Shown here piece after piece: positions 1 through 10,091 of a DNA stretch of 64,000 nt. The notes under the pieces were generated by a model. That model was not told where the DNA came from and made no database searches. It worked only from the letters and a program-made list of their open reading frames with translations. The DNA lies in the NCBI GenBank assembly GCA_965223155.1, contig CBDCVR010000013.1:448001-512000 (forward strand), given 5' to 3'. The DNA comes from Candidatus Multivoradales bacterium (lineage in GTDB: Bacteria; Acidobacteriota; Thermoanaerobaculia; Multivoradales; JAHEKO01). The position numbers and the translations under genes were made by a program. Position 1 is the first letter of the stretch, and each line of letters opens with the position of its first letter.

Positions 1-765
1 TCCTCGACAGACGATCGGAGTGCCTTGCATACATAGGAAGCCGGGGCCGAGACTCTCCGCAAGCTCGATCTCCGCAAGCCGGAACTTCATCGGCATCCTG
101 AACGAGGTTCCTTCGGCGGCCTCCGGTGGTACGTACGCGACGAAATGAGAGTCCAGCGACCGAGCAATGAAATCAGGAGGTCGTGCATCACCCATCGGTT
201 GATATTCCGGCCCTTCAGCCCAACCGGTCGTTCCACCTGGCAAGGCGCTGACGGCGAAGGCGGATACGGCACTGCCAGAAGAAGTATCCGGCGTTATTGC
301 AAGTTGCGCCAATACGGCATCATCCCATTTCAGTCTTGGCAATCTTTCGAACGCAAACCTAGCAACAAGGCGCTCTTCCGGCTCGAATCTGACCGGCCCA
401 CCCGACACCGTACAGACGGCGTCTTCCGACAGAACGCATTCGTCACCGACCAGGACCGCCTCTTGACCGTTTCGCTCCGCAACCAGCGAAAACGAAGCGG
501 GACCTTGGCCACTGTAACGGGCTGGAAGTCGGAAGTCGCTATGGACGGCTGCGACGGTGCTGGTCCGGAAGGGAGACTTGGAGACCCACACCCATTGATC
601 GAGGACCGCCTTGTTGGTCGTGACGCCATACGAGGTAAGCCAGAATGTCGTCCTGGCGGCCTCCTGCGCGAAGGCAGAACCGGCAGTACAGACTGACATC
701 CACGAGGCAAGGAGTAACGCGGGGCCCCGGACTAGCAAATTCGCTCGCGGGCCACGTCCGTTCAT
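1..765 (-). CDS. Secreted hypothetical protein, partial (runs off the left edge; not in the ORF track)
   Basis: Manual translation from ATG at 765 gives 255 stop-free codons to position 1: MNGRGPRANLLVRGPALLLASWMSVCTAGSAFA|QEAARTTFW..., with a signal peptide ending in AFA. Visibly lower GC than the rest of the window. Confidence 0.7.
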   Translation of the reverse strand, partial: MNGRGPRANLLVRGPALLLASWMSVCTAGSAFAQEAARTTFWLTSYGVTTNKAVLDQWVWVSKSPFRTSTVAAVHSDFRLPARYSGQGPASFSLVAERNGQEAVLVGDECVLSEDAVCTVSGGPVRFEPEERLVARFAFERLPRLKWDDAVLAQLAITPDTSSGSAVSAFAVSALPGGTTGWAEGPEYQPMGDARPPDFIARSLDSHFVAYVPPEAAEGTSFRMPMKFRLAEIELAESLGPGFLCMQGTPIVCRG

Positions 766-947
766 TCCTATGCCCCCGTCAATTCTGCTCGAAGATGCCA
801 AGGTACTGCCCTTTCGTAGGAACGCTTCTTTGGGCCGGTGCCTGATGATACCGCGCTTGCACGACGCCTGGTTGTCGAGTCTCAGGACCGTGTTCACGGG
901 TATTGAAAGTCCACTGGCCGGCCGAACTCCCTTGGTATCGTGGTCAC

Positions 948-3590
948 GTGAGCTCGACTCCCAGTCGGCGGCGCCTGCCTTGGGCGGTTTGCTGCCTGGC
1001 CTTGACCCTAGCCCTCCCGAGTGCCGTGGGCGGACAGGCTCGAGGCCCCGAACCCGACGCGATCTTCCCGGGACAGTCCCTGACGCGGGCGCTCCAGGAG
1101 CTCCAGGCCCGGGGTCTCGAGCTGATCTTCACTAGCCGGGTCGTCGGGCCAGAGCTGCGGGTGGAGGCTGTGCCCGCGGAGGCCAATACGCGCAAGCTCC
1201 TGGATGGGCTCTTGGCGGCCCACGGCCTCGAGGCGCGGGAGGGTGTCGGCGGGGCGCTGGTGGTGGTTCCGGCCGATCGCAGCCGCTCGGCGGACTCTGC
1301 CGGCCTATCCGGAGTGGTGCTTTCCAGGGCTACCGGCCGGGCCGAGCCCGGAGTCCAGGTTGTCCTAGTGGGATTGACCGGATCTAGCGAATCTGGCAAC
1401 TCGACCAGCTCGGGCAGATCGGCGGCCACCTCTACGCTGACCGATGAGGCTGGCAAGTTCGGGTTCTCGGATCTCACGCCGGGCCGCCTGACCCTCGAGT
1501 TCCGGCGCCGGGGATTCGTGGTGCGGGAGCTCCCCGACGTCGAGGTCGGACTCGGCACGAATCTCGCCGTGACGGTGCTCCTGGATCCGGCGCCGATCGC
1601 CGAAGACTCGATCGTGGTGACGCCCAGCAAGATCTCTCTCTTGCGCCGCGATCCGATCACCCCGGTCGCGGTCAACCGCGAACAGTTGACCGCCCTACCC
1701 CAGCTCGGCGGCGACTTCTTCCGGGCGCTGAGCCTGTTGCCCGGAATCGCCGCCAACGATGTGTCCGCCGCCTTTCACGTGCGGGGCGCTCGGCGCGACG
1801 CCACCCAGATCGTCCTCGACGGCCAGGAGCTCTACGAGGGGTTCCATCTCCAGGACTTCGACCGGGCTCTCAGCCTCATCGCTCCCGGAGTTCTCGACAA
1901 CGTTGAGCTCTCGACCGGCGGTTTTGGCGCCAGCCACGGCGATCGCTTGGCTGGCGTCCTGGACATGACCACGCGCACGCCGGCGGGCGCCATCCGCAGC
2001 CAGATCGGACTCGACGTCTTGAGTCTCCAGCTTGGCGCCGCCGGCGCCTCGGACTCCGGCCAAACCGCCTGGCTGGCGCAGGGTCGGCGCGGAACCGCCG
2101 ATCTGGCCCGGAAGATCGTCGGGGACGAGCGGCCGGAGTACTGGGATCTCTTCGCCAAGATCGACCGGCAGACCAGCCCGGGGACGAGCCTGCGTGGCAA
2201 TTTGCTGCACGCCGAGGATTCGTTTCACCTCGCCGAGACCAACGCGGACGGCGAAAAGGGTTTCCGCACCGCCTACGAGACCTCGTACCTCTGGACGACT
2301 CTCCAACGCCTGCTAGGCGACTCTCTCCTGGTCGATAGCGCGCTCTCGTGGAGCCGGATCCGGCGTGACCGGAACGGATTCGAGCTTGACGAGGACGTGC
2401 GCTTCGACGTTGGCGACCGCCGGGACACCGACGTGCTCGCCGCCCGCCAGTCCTGGCACCTCCAGCAGCGAAGCGGCCCGGAGCTGCGCTGGGGCTTCGA
2501 CCTGAGACGGTTCGACACGGCGTACGACTACGCGGCGGATTTCGCCTTCGACAGTCCCCTGGCCGAGATCCGCGCCAACGGTCCCGAGGGCTCGATCGCG
2601 ATCGCGGGGACCCTGGAAGAGCGCCAGGACAGCGCGTTCTTGATCTACCGCTGGCATCCAACAACAGCGTTGGCTCTGGAGACCGGCCTGCGCTACGACC
2701 GTGCCGGCCAGACCGGCCAAAGCTTGCTGCAGCCGCGGCTCAATCTGGCCTACTCAGCCGGCAGCGAAGTCCTGTGGCGAGCGGCCTGGGGACGCTTCGC
2801 CCAGAGTCAGCGCACCTACGAGTTGGACATCGCCGACGGCGTCACCACCTTCGCTCCGATCGAGCGAGCCGAGCACCGCGTGTTGGGGTTCGAGAAGCGT
2901 TTCCGGCCGAGACGGGCCCGACCCTTGACTCTCCGGGTCGAAGCCTACCAGCGCACAGTCGACGACCCCCGACCCCGTTTCGAGAACCTGTACGAGCCGA
3001 TCAACGAGTTCCAGGAGGTCGAGCCGGATCGGGTGCTCATCCGACCTCGGAGCAGCCGTGCCGAGGGACTCGAGCTCTTCCTGCAGGGCGGTCTTGGGCG
3101 GCGGCTGGACTGGTGGATCAACTACGCCTTGGCCGACACCGAGGATGTTCTCTTCGACGGCCTCCGGGTGCCGCGTGCATTCGACCAAACCCATACGCTG
3201 AATCTGGATCTCGACTACCGAATCGGTCCGGCCTGGACAGTGAACCTGGCCTGGCGGTACCACACGGGCTGGCCCACCACGCCGCTCACCTTGGTTGCCG
3301 AGCTCCCAGACGGTGATGAAGACGACGAGGCCGAGTTCCTGCCCAGACTGGGCCTCCCGTTTAGCGAGCGCCTACCGGCGTACCACCGGCTAGACGTTCG
3401 CGTCACCCGGCGCTGGAAGCCCTCGGAGCGAACGAGTCTACTTGCCTTTCTGGACGTCCAGAACGCCTACGATCGGGACAATGTCGCGGGCTTCGACTAC
3501 GGTATCGACGAGGAACTGGGAATCCTCGACGCGGAGCCCGAGCACTGGACCGGGCTCTTTCCGTCGATCGGAGTCCGGATCACGTTCTGA
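948..3590 (+). CDS. TonB-dependent receptor/transducer with N-terminal STN-like and carboxypeptidase-regulatory-like domains
   Basis: Signal peptide; STN-like SLTRALQELQARGLELIF; plug motifs (ALSLLPGI, FHVRGA, GGFGASHGDRLAGVLDM); beta-barrel ending in F (GVRITF). ORF track starts at TTG 903; GTG 948 preferred because it follows TGnTATCGT by 6 nt. Confidence 0.9.
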   Translation: MSSTPSRRRLPWAVCCLALTLALPSAVGGQARGPEPDAIFPGQSLTRALQELQARGLELIFTSRVVGPELRVEAVPAEANTRKLLDGLLAAHGLEAREGVGGALVVVPADRSRSADSAGLSGVVLSRATGRAEPGVQVVLVGLTGSSESGNSTSSGRSAATSTLTDEAGKFGFSDLTPGRLTLEFRRRGFVVRELPDVEVGLGTNLAVTVLLDPAPIAEDSIVVTPSKISLLRRDPITPVAVNREQLTALPQLGGDFFRALSLLPGIAANDVSAAFHVRGARRDATQIVLDGQELYEGFHLQDFDRALSLIAPGVLDNVELSTGGFGASHGDRLAGVLDMTTRTPAGAIRSQIGLDVLSLQLGAAGASDSGQTAWLAQGRRGTADLARKIVGDERPEYWDLFAKIDRQTSPGTSLRGNLLHAEDSFHLAETNADGEKGFRTAYETSYLWTTLQRLLGDSLLVDSALSWSRIRRDRNGFELDEDVRFDVGDRRDTDVLAARQSWHLQQRSGPELRWGFDLRRFDTAYDYAADFAFDSPLAEIRANGPEGSIAIAGTLEERQDSAFLIYRWHPTTALALETGLRYDRAGQTGQSLLQPRLNLAYSAGSEVLWRAAWGRFAQSQRTYELDIADGVTTFAPIERAEHRVLGFEKRFRPRRARPLTLRVEAYQRTVDDPRPRFENLYEPINEFQEVEPDRVLIRPRSSRAEGLELFLQGGLGRRLDWWINYALADTEDVLFDGLRVPRAFDQTHTLNLDLDYRIGPAWTVNLAWRYHTGWPTTPLTLVAELPDGDEDDEAEFLPRLGLPFSERLPAYHRLDVRVTRRWKPSERTSLLAFLDVQNAYDRDNVAGFDYGIDEELGILDAEPEHWTGLFPSIGVRITF

Positions 3591-3655
3591 GATCTAGCTC
3601 CACGTGCAGTTTGATCTATTGGACCGGTTCAGTAGCGTCGGTCGCGTCTCCTGCC

Positions 3656-4810
3656 CTAGTCGATCGACTCATCGACGAGAACCAAGAGACCACCGTCCTC
3701 GAACCGAGCCTCGAGACCGCTGCCGACGAGTATCGGCGTGACCGATTCACGCGGTGCCATGCCTTCGATCGAACCGTGCAGAATGGTGCCTTCGAGCTCG
3801 GCCCTCGCCTGGGGATCCTGAAAGCGAACCGTCCAGCCGGTCTCTCGCTCCAGCCAACGTAGATACTCGCTGAGGGTTCGTCCCTCGATCGAGAACGGAA
3901 TCGCCAGCGCCTCGATCCAGGTCCACGAAGAATCGTCGCTTGAGACCTGACTTCGCGACCAAGCGCCACCGGCGCTCATCTGAACCGCCTCGCCCGCCGC
4001 GGCCCCCTGCTCGCTCGCACCCGCCTCCACCACGACCGCACCCTCCCGCACCCGCACGCCGAGAACGGCCTCCGCGTCCTCCTGGAGCCGAACCTCGAAC
4101 TGGGTTCCAATCTCACGCACCGAGCCCCACGGAGTCGTGACGGTGATCGCCGAGCCGGGATTTGCTCTCGAGGTCTCGACACCGGAGTCAACGTAGACCG
4201 CTCCGGATTCGAGCTGGATACGCTCAGCCGAGAGGAACCGGGCGCGGCTGCCGGCATCGAATCGCACGCTCTGGCCGGCGCCAAGGCGTAGGCCGACCCG
4301 GCCGGCGCCGGATTCCCGGTCACCGGTCTCGATCCACGCTCCCGAAAGAACCTCGCTGCCCAAGGTCCCCTCCGTCTCGCCTATCCGCACCGAGCCGGCT
4401 ACGGCCTCGACCGTGCCCAGACGCACCACAGACTCATCCAAGGCTCTCTGGCGCTCGCCGCTCAGCAACCACCAGCCGGCGGTCACCGCGAGCAGCAGAA
4501 CCGCCGCCGCGGCCAGGGAACCCGGTCGCCATCCGGACCGGCTTGCCGGGTGCTGGATAGCGGCGCCAATCTCGGAATCCTCGTTCTCTTCAGCCAGATG
4601 GTCCCGCCAGGAGGCGCGAGCCGCGGCCTTGGCCTGTTCGAAGCGCCTGCCGGAGTCCGAGCCATCCAGCTCCACGGAATCCCGCGGCCCCGCCTCGGCC
4701 AACAGGGCGGCGATCGGGTCGGACCCATCCGCAGGCGACGTCACGTCGGTTCCTGCCGGCGAGTCCAGTCGGCCGTTTCGAGGTTCGTTCTTTGGGTCGC
4801 GAGTCGTCAT
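3656..4810 (-). CDS. FecR-family anti-sigma factor / periplasmic sensor
   Basis: Single TM (LAAAAVLLLAVTAGWWLL); FecR core (LESGAVYVD, VTTPWGSVREIGTQFEVR, VRVREGAV); C-terminal TLSEYLRWLERETG domain. ATG 4810 overlaps the sigma stop (ATGA). Confidence 0.88.
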   Translation of the reverse strand: MTTRDPKNEPRNGRLDSPAGTDVTSPADGSDPIAALLAEAGPRDSVELDGSDSGRRFEQAKAAARASWRDHLAEENEDSEIGAAIQHPASRSGWRPGSLAAAAVLLLAVTAGWWLLSGERQRALDESVVRLGTVEAVAGSVRIGETEGTLGSEVLSGAWIETGDRESGAGRVGLRLGAGQSVRFDAGSRARFLSAERIQLESGAVYVDSGVETSRANPGSAITVTTPWGSVREIGTQFEVRLQEDAEAVLGVRVREGAVVVEAGASEQGAAAGEAVQMSAGGAWSRSQVSSDDSSWTWIEALAIPFSIEGRTLSEYLRWLERETGWTVRFQDPQARAELEGTILHGSIEGMAPRESVTPILVGSGLEARFEDGGLLVLVDESID

Positions 4811-5550
4811 GATTGCTTCCTCGGAAGGTTGAGGGGGCGGGATCGAACATCTGGAGCGCGAGCAAGGCCCTCGGATTCCGCAACCCGTAGGGGGCTCGGG
4901 CGGTCGGATTCGGTGTCCGCGACGAGCTCGCGGGGCCAGCCCAGGTCCTTGGGTGCCGGCTCGGCTAGATCGGCGTAGGCCTGCCGAAAGGCGTTGCGCG
5001 CCCGGGTTAGGAGCGACTCGGCGGCTTTGGGGCTGAGGTCGAGCCGCAAGGCGATCTCGCGTACCGAAGCGCCCTCGAGATACTTCCACTCCAGAGCCTC
5101 GGCGTAGTGCGGCGGCAAGAGGTCCAGGGCCTCGTGCACGAGATCGCGGCGCTCACGACGCAGCAAGCCCGGCTCGGGACCCAGGCCCAAGGGCGCGGTC
5201 ACGGCTTCAGGCCCAAAGTCGCCATCGTCGAGAGGCAGCTCGCGCTCGGGCCGGCGCTTGCGGAAGTGAGACGCGATCTCGTTACGGCAGCATGCGCAGA
5301 GCCAGGTCGACAGACTGGCCTCTCCGCGATAGGTCGAGAGCTTGGGAATCGCCTTGCACATCGTCGTCTGGACGACGTCCCAGGCCAACTCGATATCGCC
5401 GTGCAGCCGGCGGCGGGCGAAGCGGAAGAGAATCGGCATGTAGCGGTCGGCAAATGCGTCGAAGGCCACCTCGTCCCCACCCAGGATCCGGTGCACCAGT
5501 GCACGCTCGTCCCGGGGGGCGGTTGCGGTCCCTGACTTGGGTTCGATCAC
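4807..5550 (-). CDS. ECF-type RNA polymerase sigma factor
   Basis: Region 2 (AWDVVQTT...YRGEASLSTWL) and region 4 (LPPHYAEALEWKYLEGASVREIA...ESLLTRAR); short C-terminal extension. Confidence 0.93.
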   Translation of the reverse strand: MIEPKSGTATAPRDERALVHRILGGDEVAFDAFADRYMPILFRFARRRLHGDIELAWDVVQTTMCKAIPKLSTYRGEASLSTWLCACCRNEIASHFRKRRPERELPLDDGDFGPEAVTAPLGLGPEPGLLRRERRDLVHEALDLLPPHYAEALEWKYLEGASVREIALRLDLSPKAAESLLTRARNAFRQAYADLAEPAPKDLGWPRELVADTESDRPSPLRVAESEGLARAPDVRSRPLNLPRKQS

Positions 5551-5620
5551 GGCTGGATTGCGTCTCTGAAGGGTTTCCGGGGCCTCGGCTCGCTCAGTGA
5601 CCGCTCCGGCCCCTGCTCAC

Positions 5621-5649
5621 TTGGATGCCGGAAAGCCGAAAATCCTTCG
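5621..5649 (-). promoter_or_regulatory. Putative autoregulatory ECF promoter CGAAGGATT-N12-GCATCCAA
   Basis: About 70 nt upstream of the ECF gene; the same bipartite motif and spacer recur at 10092-10120 (+). Confidence 0.65.
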
Positions 5650-5727
5650 TCCCCTTCCCGTTCGACCGACCAGGGTCGTCCCGACGGAACCCCGTGCCCG
5701 GCACCGCCGGTCGCGAGCACGCCACAG

Positions 5728-8493
5728 CTACGGCCCGGAGGGTGCCTGGGCAAAGGCGCCTGGAAACACGTTCTCGGTCGTCTCGTCCGGGGCCGGCTCG
5801 ATGCGAGCCGCGCACACCTTGTACTCGCCGGTTCCGGTGATCTTGTCCCCGGCGTCAGTGGTCAACGCGTTGGTCCTCGCCTCCGGAAAGTGAAAGGGCA
5901 TCCAGATGGCGTTGGGCAGGACCTGCCGCGAGACCATGGCTCGGCAGCGCACCCGGCCCCGCCGGGAAACCACGTCCACGAGCTGGCCGTCTCGGATCCC
6001 GAGCTTGCGGGCATTGGCGGGATGGATCTCGACGAAGGCTCCGGGCTGCTTTGTGGTCAGCCCATCGTTGCGCCGCGTCTGGGTCGCGGCGTTGTAGTGA
6101 TAGAGCGTCCGGCCCGTGGACAGGACCAAGGGGTACTCCACGTCCTCCTCCTCGAAGGGCGGGGCATATTCGACCGGCTGGAAGAGCCCCTTGCCGCGCA
6201 GCACTCCGTCCTTGTGGAGATATTCCGTGGACGGAGCCTCCGGACTCTCCACCGGCCACTGAAGGCCCCCCTCGCGCTCGATCCGCTGGTGGGAGATCCC
6301 CGCGAACTTGGGCGCCAGCGCAGCCATCTCGTCGTAGATGTCGGCGGGCGAGGCGTAGTCGGGCTGGTCCAAACCCGCGCGGTCCATGACTTCGAGAAGG
6401 ATCCGCCAGTCAGCACGGGCTTGGCCTGGAGGCTCGATGGCCTTCCGGACGCGCTGGACCCGGCGATCCGAGTTGGTGAAGACGCCTTCCTTCTCCGCGA
6501 AGCAGGCGGCCGGCAGCACCACGTCGGCGAACCGGCAGCTCTCGTTCAGGAAAATGTCCTGGACCACCAGGAAGTCGATCTGGTTCAGAGCTTCCTCGAG
6601 CTTGCCCACGTTGGGCTCGGAGATCACGATGTCTTCGCCCATGAGATACATACCGCGGATCTGCGTGCCGATGACCTTCATCATCTCGTTGAGATTGAGG
6701 CCGCGAGTCTCGCTTTGGGGCACGCCCCAGGCCGCGGCGAACTTGCGCCGGATCTCCGGATCCTCGGCCCGCTGGTAGCCGGGATAGAAGACGGGCGTGG
6801 CGCCGGCATCGTTGGCGCCCTGGACGTTGTTCTGGCCGCGCAGCGGATTCATGCCCGCCGAGCGCTTGCCCAGATGGCCGGTCATCAGGACCAGGTTCGA
6901 GAGCGCGTAGACGTTATCGGTGCCGCAGGTATGCTCGGTGATACCGAGGGTGTAGTAGATTCCGGCCTTCTCGGTGGTCGCGTAGGCCCGGGCCACTTCC
7001 CTGATCCGCTCCGCGGGAACGCCGGTGACCTTCTCGGCCTCCTCCGGGGGATAGCGCAGGACGGTCTCCTGTACCGCCTCGAAGTTTTCGGTGTTGGCGG
7101 CTACCCACTCCCGGTCCTCCAGACCCTCGGTCACGATGACGTGGGCCATGGCATTGAGCAGCCAGACGTCCGAGCCGGGCTTCAATTGCAGGTGCCAGTC
7201 GGCGATCTGGGTCATCCAGATGGCGCGCGGATCGGCCACCGCCAGACGGGCTCCCCGCCCGATGGCACGCTTCATCTCCATCGCAATAATCGGATGCGCC
7301 TCGCTGGTGTTCGAGCCGATGACGAAGAGGAAGTCCGCGTCCCGAATCTCGGGAATCGAGTTGGTCATCGCCCCGGCCCCGTACGTGGTCACCAGACCGG
7401 CGACCGTGGGAGCGTGTCACGTGGCCGCGCATTGATGAACGTTGTGGGTATGAAACGCCGCCCGCGCCATCTTCTGCATCAGGTAGTTCTCTTCCACTGT
7501 GCAGCGCGAGGAGGACACGAAGGCCAGCGCGCTGTCGCCGTGCTCGGCAGCCACGCCCTGAAGCCCGGTTACGACCCGGCCGAGAGCTTCATCCCAAGAA
7601 GCACGCCGTAGTCCGTCGCCTTCCCGCACCAGAGGCTCGGTCAGCCGGTCCGGATGGTCCACGAAGTCGTTGGCGAAGCGCCCCTTGACGCAGAGGTTGC
7701 CGTCGTTGACGGTGGTGCCCGCTGGCGGGCTCGTGACCTTGACCAGCTTGTTGGCCTCGGCGTCCACATTGAGATCCACCTGGCAGCCGACACCGCAGAA
7801 GTTGCAGGTGCTTCGGACCTTGTCGAGCTCTCCCTCGGGCTTGCCGTAGAGGACGGCCTGGCGCTCGGTCATGGCGCCGGTCGGACAGACGTCGATACAC
7901 CCGCCACAAAGCTCGCAGGTGGTGTCGGCCAGGCCCAGCGAGTCGGCGGTCGAGATCGTGGTCTCACCGCCCCGGAAGGCCAGCGAGATGGCGGACACGG
8001 CCTCGATCTCGTCGCAGTACCGGGTACACAGAGAACAGGCGATACAGCGGTCGGGCCGGAACTGGACGAAAGGATTCGTGTCCTCGGGCCGCCCCTGCCG
8101 CGGACTCGCGACCGCCGGCCAGGGATTGTACGAGCCGTAGCGGTCCTGGAGCTCGAAGAGCTTCGACGGATTGTTGTCTTCGGCGACCTCGCGATCGGCG
8201 ACCGTGTCGGCCAGGTGCAGCGAAAGGATAAAACGGCGGTTCCGTTCGGTGCGTGCGGTCTGGGTCCGGACCACCATCCCAGGGCTAGTCTTCATCGCGC
8301 AGGCTGGCTGCATCAGCCGCGAGCCCTCCACCTCGACCAAACACATCCGGCAAGCTCCCGCGGGATCCAAACGCGGATCGTGGCAAAGCGTCGGGATCTG
8401 GATTTCGGCACGCTCCGCGCACTCCAGGATGGTCTCGCTGGGGCGAAGGTCCATCTCGTCGCCGTCGATCACCACGAACTTGGCCTCGTCCAT
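5728..8493 (-). CDS. fdhF: Selenocysteine-containing formate dehydrogenase alpha subunit (921 aa, Sec at codon 359, TGA 7417-7419)
   Basis: Two track ORFs join in frame across the TGA: HNVHQCAAT-U-HAPTVAGLVTTYGAGAMTNS. 2Fe-2S motif, two 4Fe-4S ferredoxin motifs, CNFCGVGC...LCVKG, catalytic Arg motif PLRGQNNVQG, C-terminal molybdopterin domain ending EYKVCA. ATG 8493 overlaps the upstream stop. Confidence 0.95.
7373..7416 (-). promoter_or_regulatory. Bacterial SECIS element
   Basis: 11 nt after UGA lies the hairpin GGUCGCC-GGUCU-GGUGACC (7405-7387). Its spacing and GGUCU loop resemble the E. coli fdhF SECIS; a lower stem GCUCC/GGGGC is possible. Confidence 0.9.
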
Positions 8494-10031
8494 CAGTCGC
8501 TTCCTTTCTCGAGCCCAAACTCCTCGGGCCAGTACGTCATCGCGCTGGTGAGCGGCAGCGAGGCCGCCTGCCCGAGACCACAGATCGACGCCTCGGTCAT
8601 CCCCCAGGCCACGTCGTGGACATGTTCGAGGGTCGACGGGTCCCGGCAGCTCGCTAGATACCTCTCCAGCGTCTGCCGCAGGATCTGGGTGCCGATACGG
8701 CAGGGAGAGCACTGCCCGCAGGACTCGTCTTCGAAGAAGACTGCCTGGGCCAGCGCCGCCTCCACCATGTCCACCGTGTCGTTCAGGACCACGACGCCCG
8801 CCGAGCCCAGCATCGAGCCCGCTTCGGCCAAGCTCTTGAAGTCCATGGCGACATCCGCCCGTTGTGCCGGCAGGAATCCGCTCGACGCTCCCCCCGGCGA
8901 GAAGGCCTTGAGCCGGCCCACCGGCCCGCCCGCGAGTTCGAGGAGCTCGGCGAACGAAGTCCCCAGAGGCGCTTCGTAGACCCCGGGTCTGGCCACGTGA
9001 CCGGACAGGCAGTAGAGTTTGCTGCCGGCCTGGGTCTTCCCCGCTTCGCGGAACCACGCCCCGCCCCGTTTCAGGATGGCTGGCACGCAAGCGATCGTTT
9101 CGACGTTTTGGATCAAGGTCGGCTTGCCCCGGAAGCCGACCTCGACGGGATACGGGGGACGGAGACGCGGCATGCCGCGCTTGCCCTCGAGCGCTTCCAG
9201 GAGGGCCGTTTCCTCGCCGCAGATGTAGGCGCCGTGGCCATCCACGAAGTGCCACGCGGGCACCGATCCGTCGGCACCGAGCCTTCCGCCGGAACGGGCC
9301 GCCGCCACCGCCTCCTCGAGAGCCTTGCGCACCTGGCCGAACTCGCCACGGACGTAGCAATAGATTTCGGCCGCGCCCAGGGTCTCGGCCGCGATCGACA
9401 GCCCCTCCACGACCAGGTGGGGCCGGCGCAGGATAACCTCGCGGTCTTTGAAGGTGCCTGGCTCGCCCTCGTCGGCGTTGAGCACGACGTAGCGCTCGGA
9501 CTCGGCCTGTCCCGCGATCGCGCGCCACTTGATGTGGGCCGGAAATCCGGCTCCCCCCCGGCCCGTGAGCTCGGCTGTTTCGAGCTGTTCGAAGACCCAG
9601 GCAGCACCCCGCCCCCGCGCCCGCCTCAGAGCCTCGTAGGCGGTCGCGTCCGGACTCGCCAGGTCGATGGCAAAGCCGTCGCTAGAGGGCGAAAGGCCGG
9701 TCTTTGGCGTCGATGGATCGCCCTCCGGATCCCACGCCGCAGGCGCCAGATCGCACCGGCCCAGGCAGGAAACGAAGGCGCTCGCGATCCCCTTGGCCTT
9801 GAGGTCGGCCTGGACCGAAGCGCTTCCCGCGATGCGGCACGACAGGCCCTGGCACACCCGCACGCCGTCCTCCGGACGCGCCAGCAGATGATAGAAGCTG
9901 GCAACACCGTAGATGTCGGCCTCGGGAACACCGGTCTCGCGATGGACCTCAGCGACGACTCCGGGTCGGAGACCGCCCTTGGCCTCGAGAAGCTCCAGGA
10001 TCCGCTCGCGATTCGCTCCTTTCGGAAGCAT
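8493..10031 (-). CDS. NuoE-NuoF fusion, NAD(H)-binding diaphorase beta subunit of the formate dehydrogenase
   Basis: NuoE-like VCQGLSC...SCLGRCDLAP; NuoF motifs GRGGAGFP, NADEGEPGTFKDR, GAYICGEETALLEALEG, ESCGQCSPCRIG, SICGLG. Confidence 0.93.
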   Translation of the reverse strand: MLPKGANRERILELLEAKGGLRPGVVAEVHRETGVPEADIYGVASFYHLLARPEDGVRVCQGLSCRIAGSASVQADLKAKGIASAFVSCLGRCDLAPAAWDPEGDPSTPKTGLSPSSDGFAIDLASPDATAYEALRRARGRGAAWVFEQLETAELTGRGGAGFPAHIKWRAIAGQAESERYVVLNADEGEPGTFKDREVILRRPHLVVEGLSIAAETLGAAEIYCYVRGEFGQVRKALEEAVAAARSGGRLGADGSVPAWHFVDGHGAYICGEETALLEALEGKRGMPRLRPPYPVEVGFRGKPTLIQNVETIACVPAILKRGGAWFREAGKTQAGSKLYCLSGHVARPGVYEAPLGTSFAELLELAGGPVGRLKAFSPGGASSGFLPAQRADVAMDFKSLAEAGSMLGSAGVVVLNDTVDMVEAALAQAVFFEDESCGQCSPCRIGTQILRQTLERYLASCRDPSTLEHVHDVAWGMTEASICGLGQAASLPLTSAMTYWPEEFGLEKGSD

Positions 10032-10091
10032 CCTGCAGGAATTCTAGCCTGTTCCGCGGCTCGATCCCGATCCATCGACGTGGCGCCGGAG

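Noticed and set aside
791-816. Third ECF motif copy (CGAAAGGG...GCATCTTC, minus strand)
   Set aside because: The spacer is 3 nt too short and there are several mismatches.
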